Below are positions 32,901 to 39,900 of a DNA stretch of 64,000 nucleotides, piece by piece (positions within the stretch are counted from its first letter, which is position 1; each line of letters opens with the position of its first letter). Where the stretch lies: positions 12,011-76,010 of the IMG/VR virus record IMGVR_UViG_3300028607_003725, one strand, 5' to 3'. Origin of the DNA: a virus. The translations under genes and the position numbers were made by a program. A model generated the notes under the pieces. The model saw only the letters and a list, made by a program, of their open reading frames with translations, did not search any database and was not told the origin of the DNA.

Positions 32901-33419
32901 AAAGTAATAGGAAGACTTAAGGCAAAGTTAAAATCGCAAATGGCACTAGGAAGTTCAGGCAAACTTTTAGATGACGCCGGTAACCTTGTAGTTGGTAAGG
33001 AAAAAGAGGTTTCGAAACTTGTTCAACAAATTTCAAAACTGAGAGCAAAAGCACTAATATCTAAAACTACAATAAAAACTACTATAGCTTCTTTTACTAA
33101 AAGAGGAGGTTTAGCTTCTTGGGGAATAAAGGCATTTAATTATGCAGGTTGGGCATATCTGGCCTGGGAAGTACTGAGTACAGTATGGAATATAATGGAC
33201 AAAACAGCCTATTATAAAATAAATGTTGCTCAATTATTAGCTGGTGAAAATCAGTTCACATGGGTTCCTTTAACTTATAAAGGCGAAGACTATGTTGCCG
33301 GGTTAGAGGGAATTATAGGCACTCCTAGAAGTACATCTACTATTATACACGGTGAGTTAAAAGGAAAAGAAGGAAGGAATAGAGCTATATATATACTAGG
33401 ACAAATGTGGGATGCATAG
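17988..33419 (+). CDS. Giant baseplate-hub-like protein (5143 aa) with a ~2000-aa insertion
   Basis: Hub-like N-half at ~25029-26070 (LKVGAEIMILLGYGAD..FKGAITEINPGAILELTAQSWG). Hub-like C-half at ~32067-32603 (YQGTLSMLGNPNIRPWDVVYIYD..YGPVEVEQVVNTISVDGGYITTIIP). Context fits, before spike/gp25/J-like genes. Confidence 0.7.
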   Translation: MATNPTDVTFIDPVDKSTVRRKSSGEFSQIDQLKDIFEKLRKIIYEIEAGPDGFNAMGPSLDSTFTTTSTATTGSMTMQVDRGLGAQQLRVSIISTMIDSLLIPNSVHYTPLLEFKAKILDESLIKNNADVTSYFSEEWQVLLHYIYLLETIYSAHADSLYLELIPLKNVGGPGAYGLGSMNMSAMEVLKSNILPPSIVSIKVTSTKDYLKDGTYQNILKSRHIEPFYMTPELADKLLTGYTLETPPHTREMPPMFADHHINVFDGTGTKKYYAAQGGVAHNAIIFMLSFSKAPSKWLENAMDNEDEFITLGEDIGAGPADSHLDVILWKDAASRDDPVNRQAIRKIITTILANGRKNMSTLDVDDYVMSVESRKEFELFIDTYFVELTLEEATTPPPNGKFFINGTWFTDTPLYLHTWANANTPGSPNSGKFWTTTNYDYLRKTSLFDKFFIGTKSLRQLANDAGNYPTIGERREKFVEFINSWHLLDKPNSIRALQSLIVDHFKNNRSAFADLISFGELRNLVLDYSLHNISPTHPLYVLDSYYNMQSITLITPTAKIEIATQDSIGQDLSGQIQSIENSEVTINVTDSLTVSKVPGSESISPIIDQNEIETSDKDILPFKGLLVMSTISAANSGIVYEVLDRFGTIWNQGETAITFAIKDSKGSLDPGKLGLKGLKYATIFPFFDENGNSFPYSKNYATMTWIEETKSLYFITHDEYGLTQFDYHAVASITLEDSSFTDEQVPQWRVVFEAYEATGAHVFDLYGGQLLVFNIPNIPQGALITDRVQLGITSVPSYPEKVKSKLFIQETEPVTLMTIPVTQKFDVEYDLWGGDGFKNPDGSTPVVMDPSWFEDKDTEEEALDDGGGTISPSITTTFSIGSKEVPIDEYLRVLEKIQFNKPSVATDISDIIQYNTETGESLTRSTSLPAKALQTDSQFKYVRPANPEDTGVMYIGDILFHIPPVNLRFSTVNQTMSIPTMRTKGDPINTSNNNIPKVDITVYFKGTEQINNTLRPLLALSQVMPTTSVQNTTIFDSWIGRRDKLSDSTLDEIDRFLPLPCYLESINVGTIPGFPNTLQAHITLIQMDISPMVPVLTYWKYTSDALNQAMMKTTRQSISNTILTIKDKETPGLTKNPKNDSEIKVLNSVGQLLTIKLPDKMDQVDDDKITVYPQESFPFRKLYRNRLLEEENTFSRVVKDPFLHWNKYLPAENSTLYLTYKSPRYFNDEWYSFKSRFDLLAQNMNGVRLLFQITGAGLTEEASISNLFRKTEDFGLREAIEYMVGALSWVKDWDATISILNREWKKTVVGMARRFGSEPLMITFNNLDGTEETVNLADWVDSTSVDLEYVDEDGNIKQPVRDIINSLVKRFAEDLQPDKRAKNGNVLPASLDFVETIIQNILINPIFDEETPTNPLNYEDIQIGLGWSESPSVENIDLLVKQGLFPTMTKEGKKQRGKVVRYHFQSVIQSISWSYANNLSPMFLASSTLPTYQHMGTANAMVTISLRTRDERLIKILTDMKEAANAIGSQILSGNTELVGFDVISLSGAMDKVYSGHLLNSFGFKHCSIASMEHRNMEGFPGWWEVNIDLIENNTVLRSWENLSLVPSIGSNTINILKKALFAIPFVVDSGAEFDPTLAGLQGTGKEITIKKDIGGKKTYNNRTRSVTTAKNVVTIKTTIPEKPPSEKLNFDEIALQELPLESIIDHLVRRVVHVRTGKNYAKVTLKEVERSGTIKATYKEWTINFDKDGNELKGRYSKDEIARVEEKWAWKVFQSKRKPSYKGNVVLDHSKALGPWLEKLADITKLFSEYDKYLKGADVNYPQYTNEAQGLPDRQIAFGLQAAVEDAIGACIEMTCYLFDSAAYNLVERSYREVEDRIAKFIKMYPEAFSSSGTLPLREAIFSAVKYGPSLAKYDYSVQPSTTFFTKGLRYHIVKGFFIDPINASINLNTDALTIEAGMFSNTLSNKLTPLIRRQDFRELIDQQAEAFGFSSTNKPDLAALYAELNRSIAPNYPDLNLPDIYLTSTGTQLMSPTFCFVDIDPDLEIVEMEKSLVMLRTVFSTQIAALWGVINKRAYDDIQAYMVTNNGQNTPMFDTALNTMSALEIALAGKGERKRGLVIPAWLLDQTDPLAPRKDKLDIKNLKAANIFKIMGDLVKKIELEQTQNNENPDPLARTPLTVPLTEGYQGLAKSDLMKIMSLTALVDYVITLMAVAPYVTDQVEATKWLGATDGLNFVEASKALSKHVAGFLEEDKPNVEKLASIFKNTVLLTGIEDLKIDSEIRIKRTIDLILKKKNKASSMLTIASTGDWSAFNSFMGIGNVDGDFKRTELLTKFNEYMQTKRKGTMDRVYPAFKLFILEEDSPVWHSFDDFYTYDAASEISIIESKHAASKTALLKLSNVTGKLTGKKYNDLINEGYIPLPGANVNLKVGAEIMILLGYGADYRQLRMKFKGAITEINPGAILELTAQSWGAGLLNQVGSLGGIEHTTLNGASTLGGVLLDILTQTPGLGKLGRWGLRDWDKNDPKHFTYTSLKRIYYARAMNSALGWIPSKDFAVVSNISDILGGFLEDRSEGLPFTGKGVLEKYRQNDVIVRSVGNAIFDNIIINNNKLDGYGLFQWVSRVTKISSWGFSWHIYAQSAWDALHEVTLFLGDYIVTTLPFDEGNDVFSNPPRETLYVGPREHLYNASSFKPTFNIRDIMAEIIKDYNNSSTIVANATELAKDFSTNLDNALAKLKELEDGAEFPVGEPQVANVPMYCTEWYDGHEEDPATSPGDEYTVLYTIPTPYDVGASGATFTFFVPEKDSLDKDQASNLINPGSPYPAVHVLGDFVKDHGIPGWGGMIEVTRVKATDRVTGQQFNAEVEYTNVGDGSTAGWWVTVKDLPEVGATFSQTVSEEYSDIEIFGASGNYYEWNAAPFSSAGSTGSNGFNPEHYIGRGKVLLSTPGNKPIQDGSLDVFLITCNSGGPECEEQIFEVGTLGYTGSGGATGFQVISTVDILGPTYAGSTQTFPHGTREYIERSYILEIYDTPSIFLYDEKSSDVTGASYDYELRAPINSDSTSFSYQTKYKVATKSLDLGCSYARESHNEDVGAGTYSGWEYDIYPEGDLLLEIPNCRPVSGDCPWLDEAEPPGMDQYGPHIEISEEDYGLIIEDKAFLKIPRSPWFNQYIADAFPAQSSTYSWHVPNLDPDPDERVWLSRCGVAISNDWLDYNGTSESNADPTWWAPEKRWDWILPNSFPSQIAESDAGYIAPYSSSIFWNWIAANNAMWTTYFTSGFTSQWTGNGIIFPDPQDLWTSVSQINTGGVGACDASTVWQTVNECTELSFTKFPPITCSEHTTYGAGAPPPDCAGKCSGEIGYGSLLDECGVCMDPGCTNTGPGATFTENPCNGDEYPGNVNEEGTGWNQICADCGGLANGDWFNNQCGDCVAPESFGATACIRHCNGRYYYTDGADSIDQASLISGTTGPQIDTCGVCMYSYGEGAQNPSLQTWSTNTDWQFWGGTGINHGAGFGWNKPCADCALEPGGTALHDRCYQCVGATTGGTYAADTVVPCVTDCAGNWGGTAEFDDCGVCVYDTASGDGTGWNQTCVDCAGEPGGTAYYDNCGVCVGLSTTGPYPAGATAPCIADCAGNWGGALLDTCIGNNATEEEDCVNNGGFWSPLGYDICGNCGKSVTDVTPQAFCNNGTQYNDWYTGCGANINDYLFPGIGVYEETNGWAFYAVYNEDDPTGSDPLDTIHNSFHSSYGGNGATFSGEDTARAAAYDWWENLSNQSYGLPQSPFGDCTCWGGNEDSDCDGNCQYDRSFSYNNSYDDSASQFDDCNVCVRASTYNSGSCADCSGVDNGSAYTDDCGNCVSTPDAGCAKGCDGIWYDDSSQPEYDDCTICTGTFPAGVPTYNDESCYDCGGNVNGNLHINRCGHCGDPSDTGETTYNRCEMACDGTWQTRVYEDDSGIGEDRVFYYQTGYYNPSYPARLDWCDICHFEGSEEPGWDFPDRPEWNENCTDCAGVLNKRQHLLHNQDNEFTATENKCDECVSLDTWSMTSCAPEGTDNCQKRCDGTWSIASGTGTWPPYDTNECPKPIFNDGATADNIDNCGVCGGTGVPFGDTLGADMTYYGCGCEEACRGDVPWQLRTVYEARHKDPIKVVVRYSYITDFIDDALELDIAISYYVKKKCAQFAFELPRIPTNIGVSTIEQLGFITMDPHNIQAKITINPADYGQESPDGGSSPYEITMNSFSQFGQLTPEGEVTVNEIDPNNPPELLDANPNVIGASTTLALINKYTVVPKVHRQLNHAISYLSSTPVPVDYNFYFKTLGSWVEVTYNLINHVAANPLQIAGAQQAVQEIQANISNVAELKELVAKNEQEVLTLAKHSISKIIKDIYNLQGYGPGSYLNGGWEWREFVPIFVKQLIGNGFHRYAAIVSKWASVGFWSPFLSKKILIWGIDINVWGKVIREIGWYGDSPVPFTYTKVHEILVGDYEKNFIDKTMMSSIEIDEYSVGLLEYVNKLKKLNSEDCEWMTPVVDPATNANVSKYNKQMYNFRISKDKMVSESVKVDENVDTGGYRNTSGFYHKDKPEMKKLGMEFKYLGGIKGDITFAGIDLTLTISSVGVLQHLTDMYHNIFLLSKQDLAMKEDIIDIMKNQIEGRAAGLESYNIEEPGYSDMSLVLIELEDRIREIRGLNNIFSYKSVVQHHFVDSYNDILQNNIIATADEMFNHVSIHYLAEPSKAKTNTSAEYYKTEAMVSYDQDADYLRTYTSYMKNMDPNMFKDWSSANVYLGDHRANDEFAQEQILDAFTPEASNIAQNVLRNVIKPMYQGTLSMLGNPNIRPWDVVYIYDDNIAMYGPVEVEQVVNTISVDGGYITTIIPNLLIYDKDSMRAIEQQLMSHIQQFGFKNMAALGAYSLIRLGAARVGWKWVYNTFLKASSEGAGLSVYNATAKLWELSAKQVADGGSRSAFASAKLANKAQTKVIGRLKAKLKSQMALGSSGKLLDDAGNLVVGKEKEVSKLVQQISKLRAKALISKTTIKTTIASFTKRGGLASWGIKAFNYAGWAYLAWEVLSTVWNIMDKTAYYKINVAQLLAGENQFTWVPLTYKGEDYVAGLEGIIGTPRSTSTIIHGELKGKEGRNRAIYILGQMWDA
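27918..30362 (+). repeat. Cys-rich repeat region (~815 aa; D-C-x-G...D-x-C-G-x-C units) inside the hub-like protein
   Basis: About a dozen units by eye, e.g. DCAGKC..DECGVC, DCAGNWGGTAEFDDCGVC, DCAGEPGGTAYYDNCGVC, DCSGVDNGSAYTDDCGNC, IDNCGVCGG. Confidence 0.92.
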
Positions 33420-33442
33420 ACAGAAGGTGACATATCTATAAC

Positions 33443-34216
33443 ATGGGAACAGCAAACGACCTTACTTCAAAATTTGACCATAAAGCAGCTAAGTCTGTTA
33501 CTATGCGATATCCAGTTAGAATTGCATCAAATAGAGCAGTATGGCATAATGAATCCAATGTAATTGTAGTGCAGGGAGATGATTTTGACAAAACTAAAGT
33601 GGTACATTTTTGTTTGCTTATGAATCCTCCACCAAATTCTCACTCTAAGGAGGAAGAAATAAATCCAGATGAAGTAGAAGTATTGGAGCTACTGTTTGCA
33701 ACGCATAAACCTAATGATGATCCAAAAAGAACGTTACCTACAAAAGGGGTTCCATTAGAGATAGATGGTTTTGCGTTTATATTAAATACCCATTCCAGAC
33801 AGACCCCCGCTAAACCGGCTACCATTAAAGCTTCACCTTCAGAAAAAGATCTATCGACAGATCGTGCTGATGGGACAGCATCTTATTTGAATGTTGCGGG
33901 ATACGGATTAAATATTACAGGAGGAGGAGATATATCAATAATAGGCAAAAATTCCTCTATGAACCTTGAGGATAGAATAACAATGACCGCACCTGTTTCA
34001 ACAAATGAATTGACAGGGAATATATTAACTACACAAAATTTTTTAACAGAATATTGCATGATACCACAGAATGTTTTACCTACCTGGATTGTAGGCATGG
34101 ACCCGATTATTAATGTATTAGAAATTTTAGATGCATACAACGAAGTTAACAAATATGTACAAATATGTGATGGGTTAATGGATATTTATGAAGCATTCGG
34201 GGATCAGCTTGCATAG
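33443..34216 (+). CDS. Putative baseplate central spike-like protein (257 aa)
   Basis: Directly follows the hub-like gene. Beta-rich N-part and short beta-repeat-like segment (GYGLNITGGGDISIIGKNSSMNLEDRITMT). Call is mostly positional. Confidence 0.4.
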   Translation: MGTANDLTSKFDHKAAKSVTMRYPVRIASNRAVWHNESNVIVVQGDDFDKTKVVHFCLLMNPPPNSHSKEEEINPDEVEVLELLFATHKPNDDPKRTLPTKGVPLEIDGFAFILNTHSRQTPAKPATIKASPSEKDLSTDRADGTASYLNVAGYGLNITGGGDISIIGKNSSMNLEDRITMTAPVSTNELTGNILTTQNFLTEYCMIPQNVLPTWIVGMDPIINVLEILDAYNEVNKYVQICDGLMDIYEAFGDQLA

Positions 34217-34247
34217 GATAAACAATTTAGCTGGGGGAAAAGAAGAG

Positions 34248-34400
34248 ATGAAATTTACAAAAGAATGGTTATCTTCATTATTAGAAGAGAATATGACTAA
34301 TTTAAAAACAGGAAAAAAAAGCGTAACGATAAATTATAAAAAACTTGAAGAAGAAATTGAGAAGTGGAGAAAGAAAACTAAACGTACTGAAGAAAGTTAA
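34248..34400 (+). CDS. Small charged hypothetical protein (50 aa)
   Basis: ATG at 34248 after GGGGG/AGAAGAG gives MKFTKEWLSSLLEE..; preferred over the 34188 start, which overlaps the upstream gene. Confidence 0.6.
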   Translation: MKFTKEWLSSLLEENMTNLKTGKKSVTINYKKLEEEIEKWRKKTKRTEES

Positions 34401-34580
34401 ATGAGTGTAAATAAAGAATATAGACTTTTAACTAAAGTACCAATAGGTACAAAGATGATTGTTAACAAAACAGGTAAGTCTGTAAAACTTGATGAAATAA
34501 GATACTTTCCTACTCGGTATAAATGTGATGATGGTAATTACTATTATACACATGATGTGGATATATTATGGCATATATAA
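34401..34580 (+). CDS. Small hypothetical protein (59 aa), not in the supplied ORF track
   Basis: ATG immediately after the previous TAA. MSVNKEYRLLTKVPIGTKMIVNKTGKSVKLDEIRYFPTRYKCDDGNYYYTHDVDILWHI. Fills the gap and overlaps the ferredoxin start by 13 nt. Confidence 0.62.
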   Translation: MSVNKEYRLLTKVPIGTKMIVNKTGKSVKLDEIRYFPTRYKCDDGNYYYTHDVDILWHI

Positions 34581-34867
34581 TAGTAGATCCATGTGTAAGT
34601 ACTTGCGATACAGCTTGTGTGGAAGTTTGTCCCGTGGATTGTATTCATGGTCCTGAAGACACAGAGGGTTTAGGTGCAGAAGCAAAAGAACCTGGATTTA
34701 ATCCAGAAGGTAAACAACTCTATATCAATCCAGAAGAATGTATTGATTGTGGAGCTTGTGAACCTGAGTGCCCAGTAGAAGCTATTTACGAAGAAGATTC
34801 TGTTCCAAAGGAATGGGAAAAATTTATAGATAAAAATTATGAGTTTTTTGGACAAGAAAGACCCTAA
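34568..34867 (+). CDS. fdxA: Dicluster ferredoxin, FdxA-like 7Fe/8Fe type (99 aa)
   Basis: CVSTCDTACVEVCPVDCIH and YINPEECIDCGACEPECPVEAIY; C-terminal VPKEWEKFIDKNYEFF typical of FdxA-type proteins. Confidence 0.93.
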   Translation: MAYIIVDPCVSTCDTACVEVCPVDCIHGPEDTEGLGAEAKEPGFNPEGKQLYINPEECIDCGACEPECPVEAIYEEDSVPKEWEKFIDKNYEFFGQERP

Positions 34868-34882
34868 ATTGGAGAAATAAAA

Positions 34883-35065
34883 ATGATTAAATATATAATA
34901 ATAGCAGGTTTGTTTTGTACTTTTTCAACTGCAGCTGAAGTAGATGTTGCACTACCTGAAGTAGTACAATCACAGACTGATGATGATAAATATGTAGTAG
35001 ATGCTAGAAGACGTGGTGGTAAAGGAAACAAAAAACGTAGACGTGGAGGCAATGGTTTAAGATAA
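34883..35065 (+). CDS. Small secreted-type peptide with Arg/Gly-rich C-terminus (60 aa)
   Basis: GGAG Shine-Dalgarno. Signal-peptide-like MIKYIIIAGLFCTFSTAA, acidic middle, basic tail ARRRGGKGNKKRRRGGNGLR. Confidence 0.72.
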   Translation: MIKYIIIAGLFCTFSTAAEVDVALPEVVQSQTDDDKYVVDARRRGGKGNKKRRRGGNGLR

Positions 35066-35808
35066 TGAAATTAGCTTTTAATGAGCATGGTCAAATTATA
35101 TCCAGTAGTGGAGCTCTTGCTAATATTGAAGGAGGAGCCCTGGCAGAAATGTACAGGCTTAATTCTTTTTTTGGTATAGTGCGAGGAGATTATATTTTTG
35201 ATGTTAAATTTGGCAACTCGGCAGCTCAATATACAGGTAAAGCCTTAAATTCTGAGGTACTTAATTCGTTTGCTAGTACTTTAAAAAAGGCTTTGGATAA
35301 TTCAGATTTGCTTAACGATAGAACTTATGAAATAACTACTTCTCAAACAGGAAGAGATTCTCTATCAGTAAATATTACAGATCAAACTACTGGACATAGC
35401 TATGCTTGGAGATATGATGTTAGAACTAATAGATTAACTAAAGTTGTAGAAGTAGATACTCCTTCTGTGGCAAAAACATATCAAGCATTTACAGAGACAT
35501 TTACAGTAGATGGTTTTACTAGGCTTTTGAACATAGAAGCCTTATATACGAAAACATTAGTTGATAATGGATTAGGAATATTTGATAATATTGAAATTTT
35601 ACATAACGTTTACATACAGGAGTCTAATTCTGCAGAAAGAAGGTTGGCATTCAGTAGTGAACTAGAAATTGACATGTTAAATTACACTGTTCAATTTTAT
35701 ACAGCCCCACCTGAAGGTTATAGAATAACTGTAGAATTGTGGCCTTCACTAATGGCTAATCTTTCAGGACTAGATAGCCCTTATTTAACAAGAAAATATG
35801 GAGTATAA
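35065..35808 (+). CDS. gp25-like baseplate wedge / sheath-initiator protein with C-terminal extension (247 aa)
   Basis: N-terminal GQIISSSGALANIEG..RGDYIFDVKFG..YTGK..LKKAL pattern of gp25-like proteins; immediately upstream of the J-like gene. Confidence 0.58.
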   Translation: MKLAFNEHGQIISSSGALANIEGGALAEMYRLNSFFGIVRGDYIFDVKFGNSAAQYTGKALNSEVLNSFASTLKKALDNSDLLNDRTYEITTSQTGRDSLSVNITDQTTGHSYAWRYDVRTNRLTKVVEVDTPSVAKTYQAFTETFTVDGFTRLLNIEALYTKTLVDNGLGIFDNIEILHNVYIQESNSAERRLAFSSELEIDMLNYTVQFYTAPPEGYRITVELWPSLMANLSGLDSPYLTRKYGV

Positions 35809-35810
35809 TT

Positions 35811-36995
35811 ATGTCATATATTTTACAAAATAAAGATGAAATAGACGAACGACTAGTAGAATTATTTAAAGTTGCAGGATTTTCTAACGCTAGTAGCCCA
35901 GGTACTCCGGAGCATGCCCTTTATAAAGTACTAGTAGAAGAACTGTATAATGCATATGGAGTGCTTGATTCTGCTTATAGAGGAGCGCTTCCTTTAAACG
36001 CATCAGGTGCTAATTTGGATTTATGGTCAACGTTCTTTGGAAGTACAAGACAATTAGCAACTTATGCTAAAGATTCAACTTTAACTAATGTTTATTTTTA
36101 TTTTCCTGAGGATTTTGATATTTCTGTAATCCAAGCGGATATAGATATATCAACAGGAACATTAATAAGTGCAAATGGAGTTAATAAATTTTATACTGTT
36201 ACCGAGGACGCTGTTTTGACTACACTTGCTACTGAAGCCCGAATTGTCTATGTTAAAGTACAGGCACAAGAGAGTGGGGAAAATAACAATGTAAATAGTG
36301 ACGAGTTAAATACACATACTTTGGATGTAAGTGGCTTATTAGTGTCTAATAAATTTCCTATTACTTCTGGATTGTTTCCACAAACAGATTCGGATTTAAG
36401 AGTATCTATGCAGAATATTTTTGGTAAATTACTTAGTACCAACCTTGCTTCCATGCAATTTCATGTACTAAATCTTCCAGGTATATCTAATGTTAATATT
36501 TTTCCATTAATACGAGGAACAGGTACATTCAGTTTATTTATAGATTCTGTAGCTCCTGTTGTATCTTTAGAGCTTTTAAATCAAGTTCAAGAAATTATAG
36601 ATCAAAATAAAGCTCTAGGGACTATAGGATATGTTGACTATCCAGAATATAGAAGTATTACCATTGAATTTGAAGTCCTTGCTAAAGAGGGGTTAGATTC
36701 AGAGGCACTAATTTCAGAGTTAGAGTCATCTGAATCTCAAGTTATTGTAGATTTGATAAATAATATTCCCCGCGGTGATTCGTTTAGACCAAGTGAAATG
36801 GTAAGAATTATTCTTGATAATAGTAAAGTATTAAATGCAACCGTAAAAACCTTAAAAATTGGAAATTATAGCGTTATAGACCAAACAATAAAAGATAATG
36901 AAACAGTAGCTCCAACACCAAAACATATTGATATCACTCAAAAATGGTTTTGCTCTACTGATCTTTGCTCATATTGCGCTGTTTCTTTTGGATAA
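35811..36995 (+). CDS. Baseplate J-like wedge protein (394 aa)
   Basis: PGTPEHAL, ASGANLDLWSTFFGSTR, VQAQESGENNNV, ITSGLFPQTDSDLR, LNLPGISNVNIFPLIRGTGTFSLFI: characteristic baseplate-J sequence path. Confidence 0.85.
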   Translation: MSYILQNKDEIDERLVELFKVAGFSNASSPGTPEHALYKVLVEELYNAYGVLDSAYRGALPLNASGANLDLWSTFFGSTRQLATYAKDSTLTNVYFYFPEDFDISVIQADIDISTGTLISANGVNKFYTVTEDAVLTTLATEARIVYVKVQAQESGENNNVNSDELNTHTLDVSGLLVSNKFPITSGLFPQTDSDLRVSMQNIFGKLLSTNLASMQFHVLNLPGISNVNIFPLIRGTGTFSLFIDSVAPVVSLELLNQVQEIIDQNKALGTIGYVDYPEYRSITIEFEVLAKEGLDSEALISELESSESQVIVDLINNIPRGDSFRPSEMVRIILDNSKVLNATVKTLKIGNYSVIDQTIKDNETVAPTPKHIDITQKWFCSTDLCSYCAVSFG

Positions 36996-39900
36996 ATGAG
37001 ACCTAATTCAAAAAAAGAGTACTATATTTCTCCACGAACTAACGTATCGTTGTCGCAGCTGCCTTCTTTTATGAAGAAGGGTACGGACAGTACTTTGTTT
37101 ACATTATCTAATCCTCAGAATATCGAGTTTGATAGATTTTATCATGATATAACAGAATCAGCACTAAATTTAAATCCAACGACATTAGACTTATCTTTGC
37201 CTGATTTTATATATACTTTTTCAGATCTAGCTATAGGGTCGGGGGTAACTGGAGCAAATTCTGAATTAGAGGAAGTATCCTTATATGATTTTAATTTTAA
37301 TTTACCTACCAGATCAGCTACAGCAGCTTCAGTTGTAGATGCTGTCATTGGAGTAACAGGGGCTAATTATATTGATATGCATCATGTGGCTCCAATTACT
37401 TATACGTTAGATGATTATAACTATACGGTAGCTAAAGGGTATATTGGGCTCCGAGAAGGATCTTGGCTTACCAATGATCTTATTTCAGTATTTGATGCTG
37501 AGTTAAATTTAATAGAATCTTTTGGATTGCCTGCTGTTGAACAAAATCTAAGCAGTGCTTCCGATGAATGGATAGAATTAGATGAAAACCTTAGTTATTC
37601 TTTAGACAATAAGTTTATTGTAAAAGACAGTCTTACTGTTGTAAATCCTCATACAGGTACTATTGTAGATGAAGCTGGTTATACTTTTAGTAACAGTACG
37701 TTAACTTTTTATGAAGCTCCTGAGTTTACATTAGTAGTGGAGTATTCTTATGTTCCTTCTCCAGTTTTGCATTCATTATATTATTCTACACATTTTCATG
37801 ATATTTCAGTTTCTCAGGCCTCATCAGCAGCTAATCCTACTGGATTCTTATTTTTAATAACTGACCAACCTGATCTTAGTGCAGGAGTTTCAGCAGGGGC
37901 AGATTATTCACATCCAACAGGCACTACTAGAAGTATAAATTCGTATGATAATACACTAAGTGAAGCCGATGACATTAAAATTAATTTTACTGCAACAGAC
38001 GTATCAGTTGACCAAGAAGTAAGTGTTACCTTTAAATACTATGCAACTTATTCTTATGATTTATTTGATGGCACCTTGGCATATTGGGGTTACGCCAACG
38101 ATCCTTATAATCATCTATTAGTTGTTAATGATTTTATAGATCCTGTTAAAGATACAATATTAATAAATGGAATAAAAGTAATAAATGTAATCACAGAAGA
38201 AGATATTACAGCTGGTTTTACTTTTACGAATGTGGAGGGCAGCACAGGAGCTTATCTTACTAGGGTAGATTTGACAATAACAGGTTCTCCAGATACTTTT
38301 GAAATACAGATTCCTTATATTCGAGAAATTACCCAAACAGAAGCAGCTACCATTTATTCTGAGCCCATGACAGATATATTTACTGTAACAGATGTATCAG
38401 CTTCTTCGACATTTTATTTGAATTTTTCATATGTATATGGAGGAACATCAGATTACCACTCTTATATAACTTTTCCTACAACGTTATCTAAGCAATTTAC
38501 TATGGATACAGCAGGAGCAACCTTAACCATAGGGTCAACATTTGATGTTTCATATGAGGGGTTGTCTAATTGGTCCGTTAAGCAAAAAAGATTATGGGCA
38601 GATAATGGTATTACTATTGATCATTCAGTATTTAAATCAGGAGCAGGGGCATCAACAACATCTACTTATACTTACCAGGACTCCGTTAACAATATAGAAA
38701 TTATTAGTTTAGAAACGGAAACAAATTATCACGCTTCAACTGTTTACTATCCAGAAAAAATACATAGTGTGGACAGTTACTTTGATTTAATTACTTATTC
38801 TTTAAATGATAAAGAAGGCAAAATAGAGCTCTACACAGCTTCACAGGATTTACATGATATTTATAATTTATATTTTATAGAATATGGAGTTACCGGTCTT
38901 GATGGAACTTCTACTTATTATGCTAGTGCAGTTCCCACCCATAGTTCTATTCGGAAACGACCAGTAGGTCTACAGTTATTTCACGACTCAATAGCGTTAT
39001 TAGAAGAAGATATATCATCCGGCGACTTTAATTTAGAGTTCAAAGATGTACATACCCTTAATTCTTTAGCTACCCTAAATACGTTCACTACAGGAGCTAC
39101 ATCAGATACAATTAACTCATTTACTTTTAATAGTGATAATGATTGTCAGTTGTTCAGCGGAGGAACTGGCTATACTATTCCATTATACTATGATTATCTT
39201 ACCAGAATTGTAGATGAAGACACATCAACAGAATCTTTATACTTTCGGGAAGAGTATGCAGGAGCTACCGTAACGGGGGGAACTGGTTTAGTTTACAGCT
39301 TTTCAGACCGAGAAACATCAGTAGTTGAACATAGTGTTGATCATTGGGGTAGAATTTTTGGAAGCGATAGATGGCCAAAAGAAACTTTAAAAGATTATTT
39401 GAATAGGTTAACTAATATAACTGAGGCTAAAGGAGCCTCATCGTTTCAAAAATCATTAGATGGAATATCAGCTACTTTAGGGTCTCCTTCTTACAATATT
39501 AGTACCAGAAATTCATTTGATTTAAGGTATCCTGCTGCAGTTAGTACGGAATCACAAACAGTATTTTTGCAAGGACCTACTGCTACAATATCCACCAATT
39601 ATCCCATTAATGAGTTTATATCAGCTACAATATATCATTCAGACGGAGAAAATTATTCGATTACATTAGCTGATTTAGTCTATACAGTTGGTTCTACAGG
39701 CACAGACCTTTCCTTAATTACTGGAGGAGCAACTACAGGAGACTCTGTTAATATAAAATATAAACCTTATGCTACTCTATCTATAAATGGCGAAGGGTCA
39801 ACAGGGCCATTTACATTAATCTATGAAAACGAGACACATGATAGTACGGCGGTATTAACCATAGATAAACAAGCAATTGATCGGGTATTAGCTTATGAGG

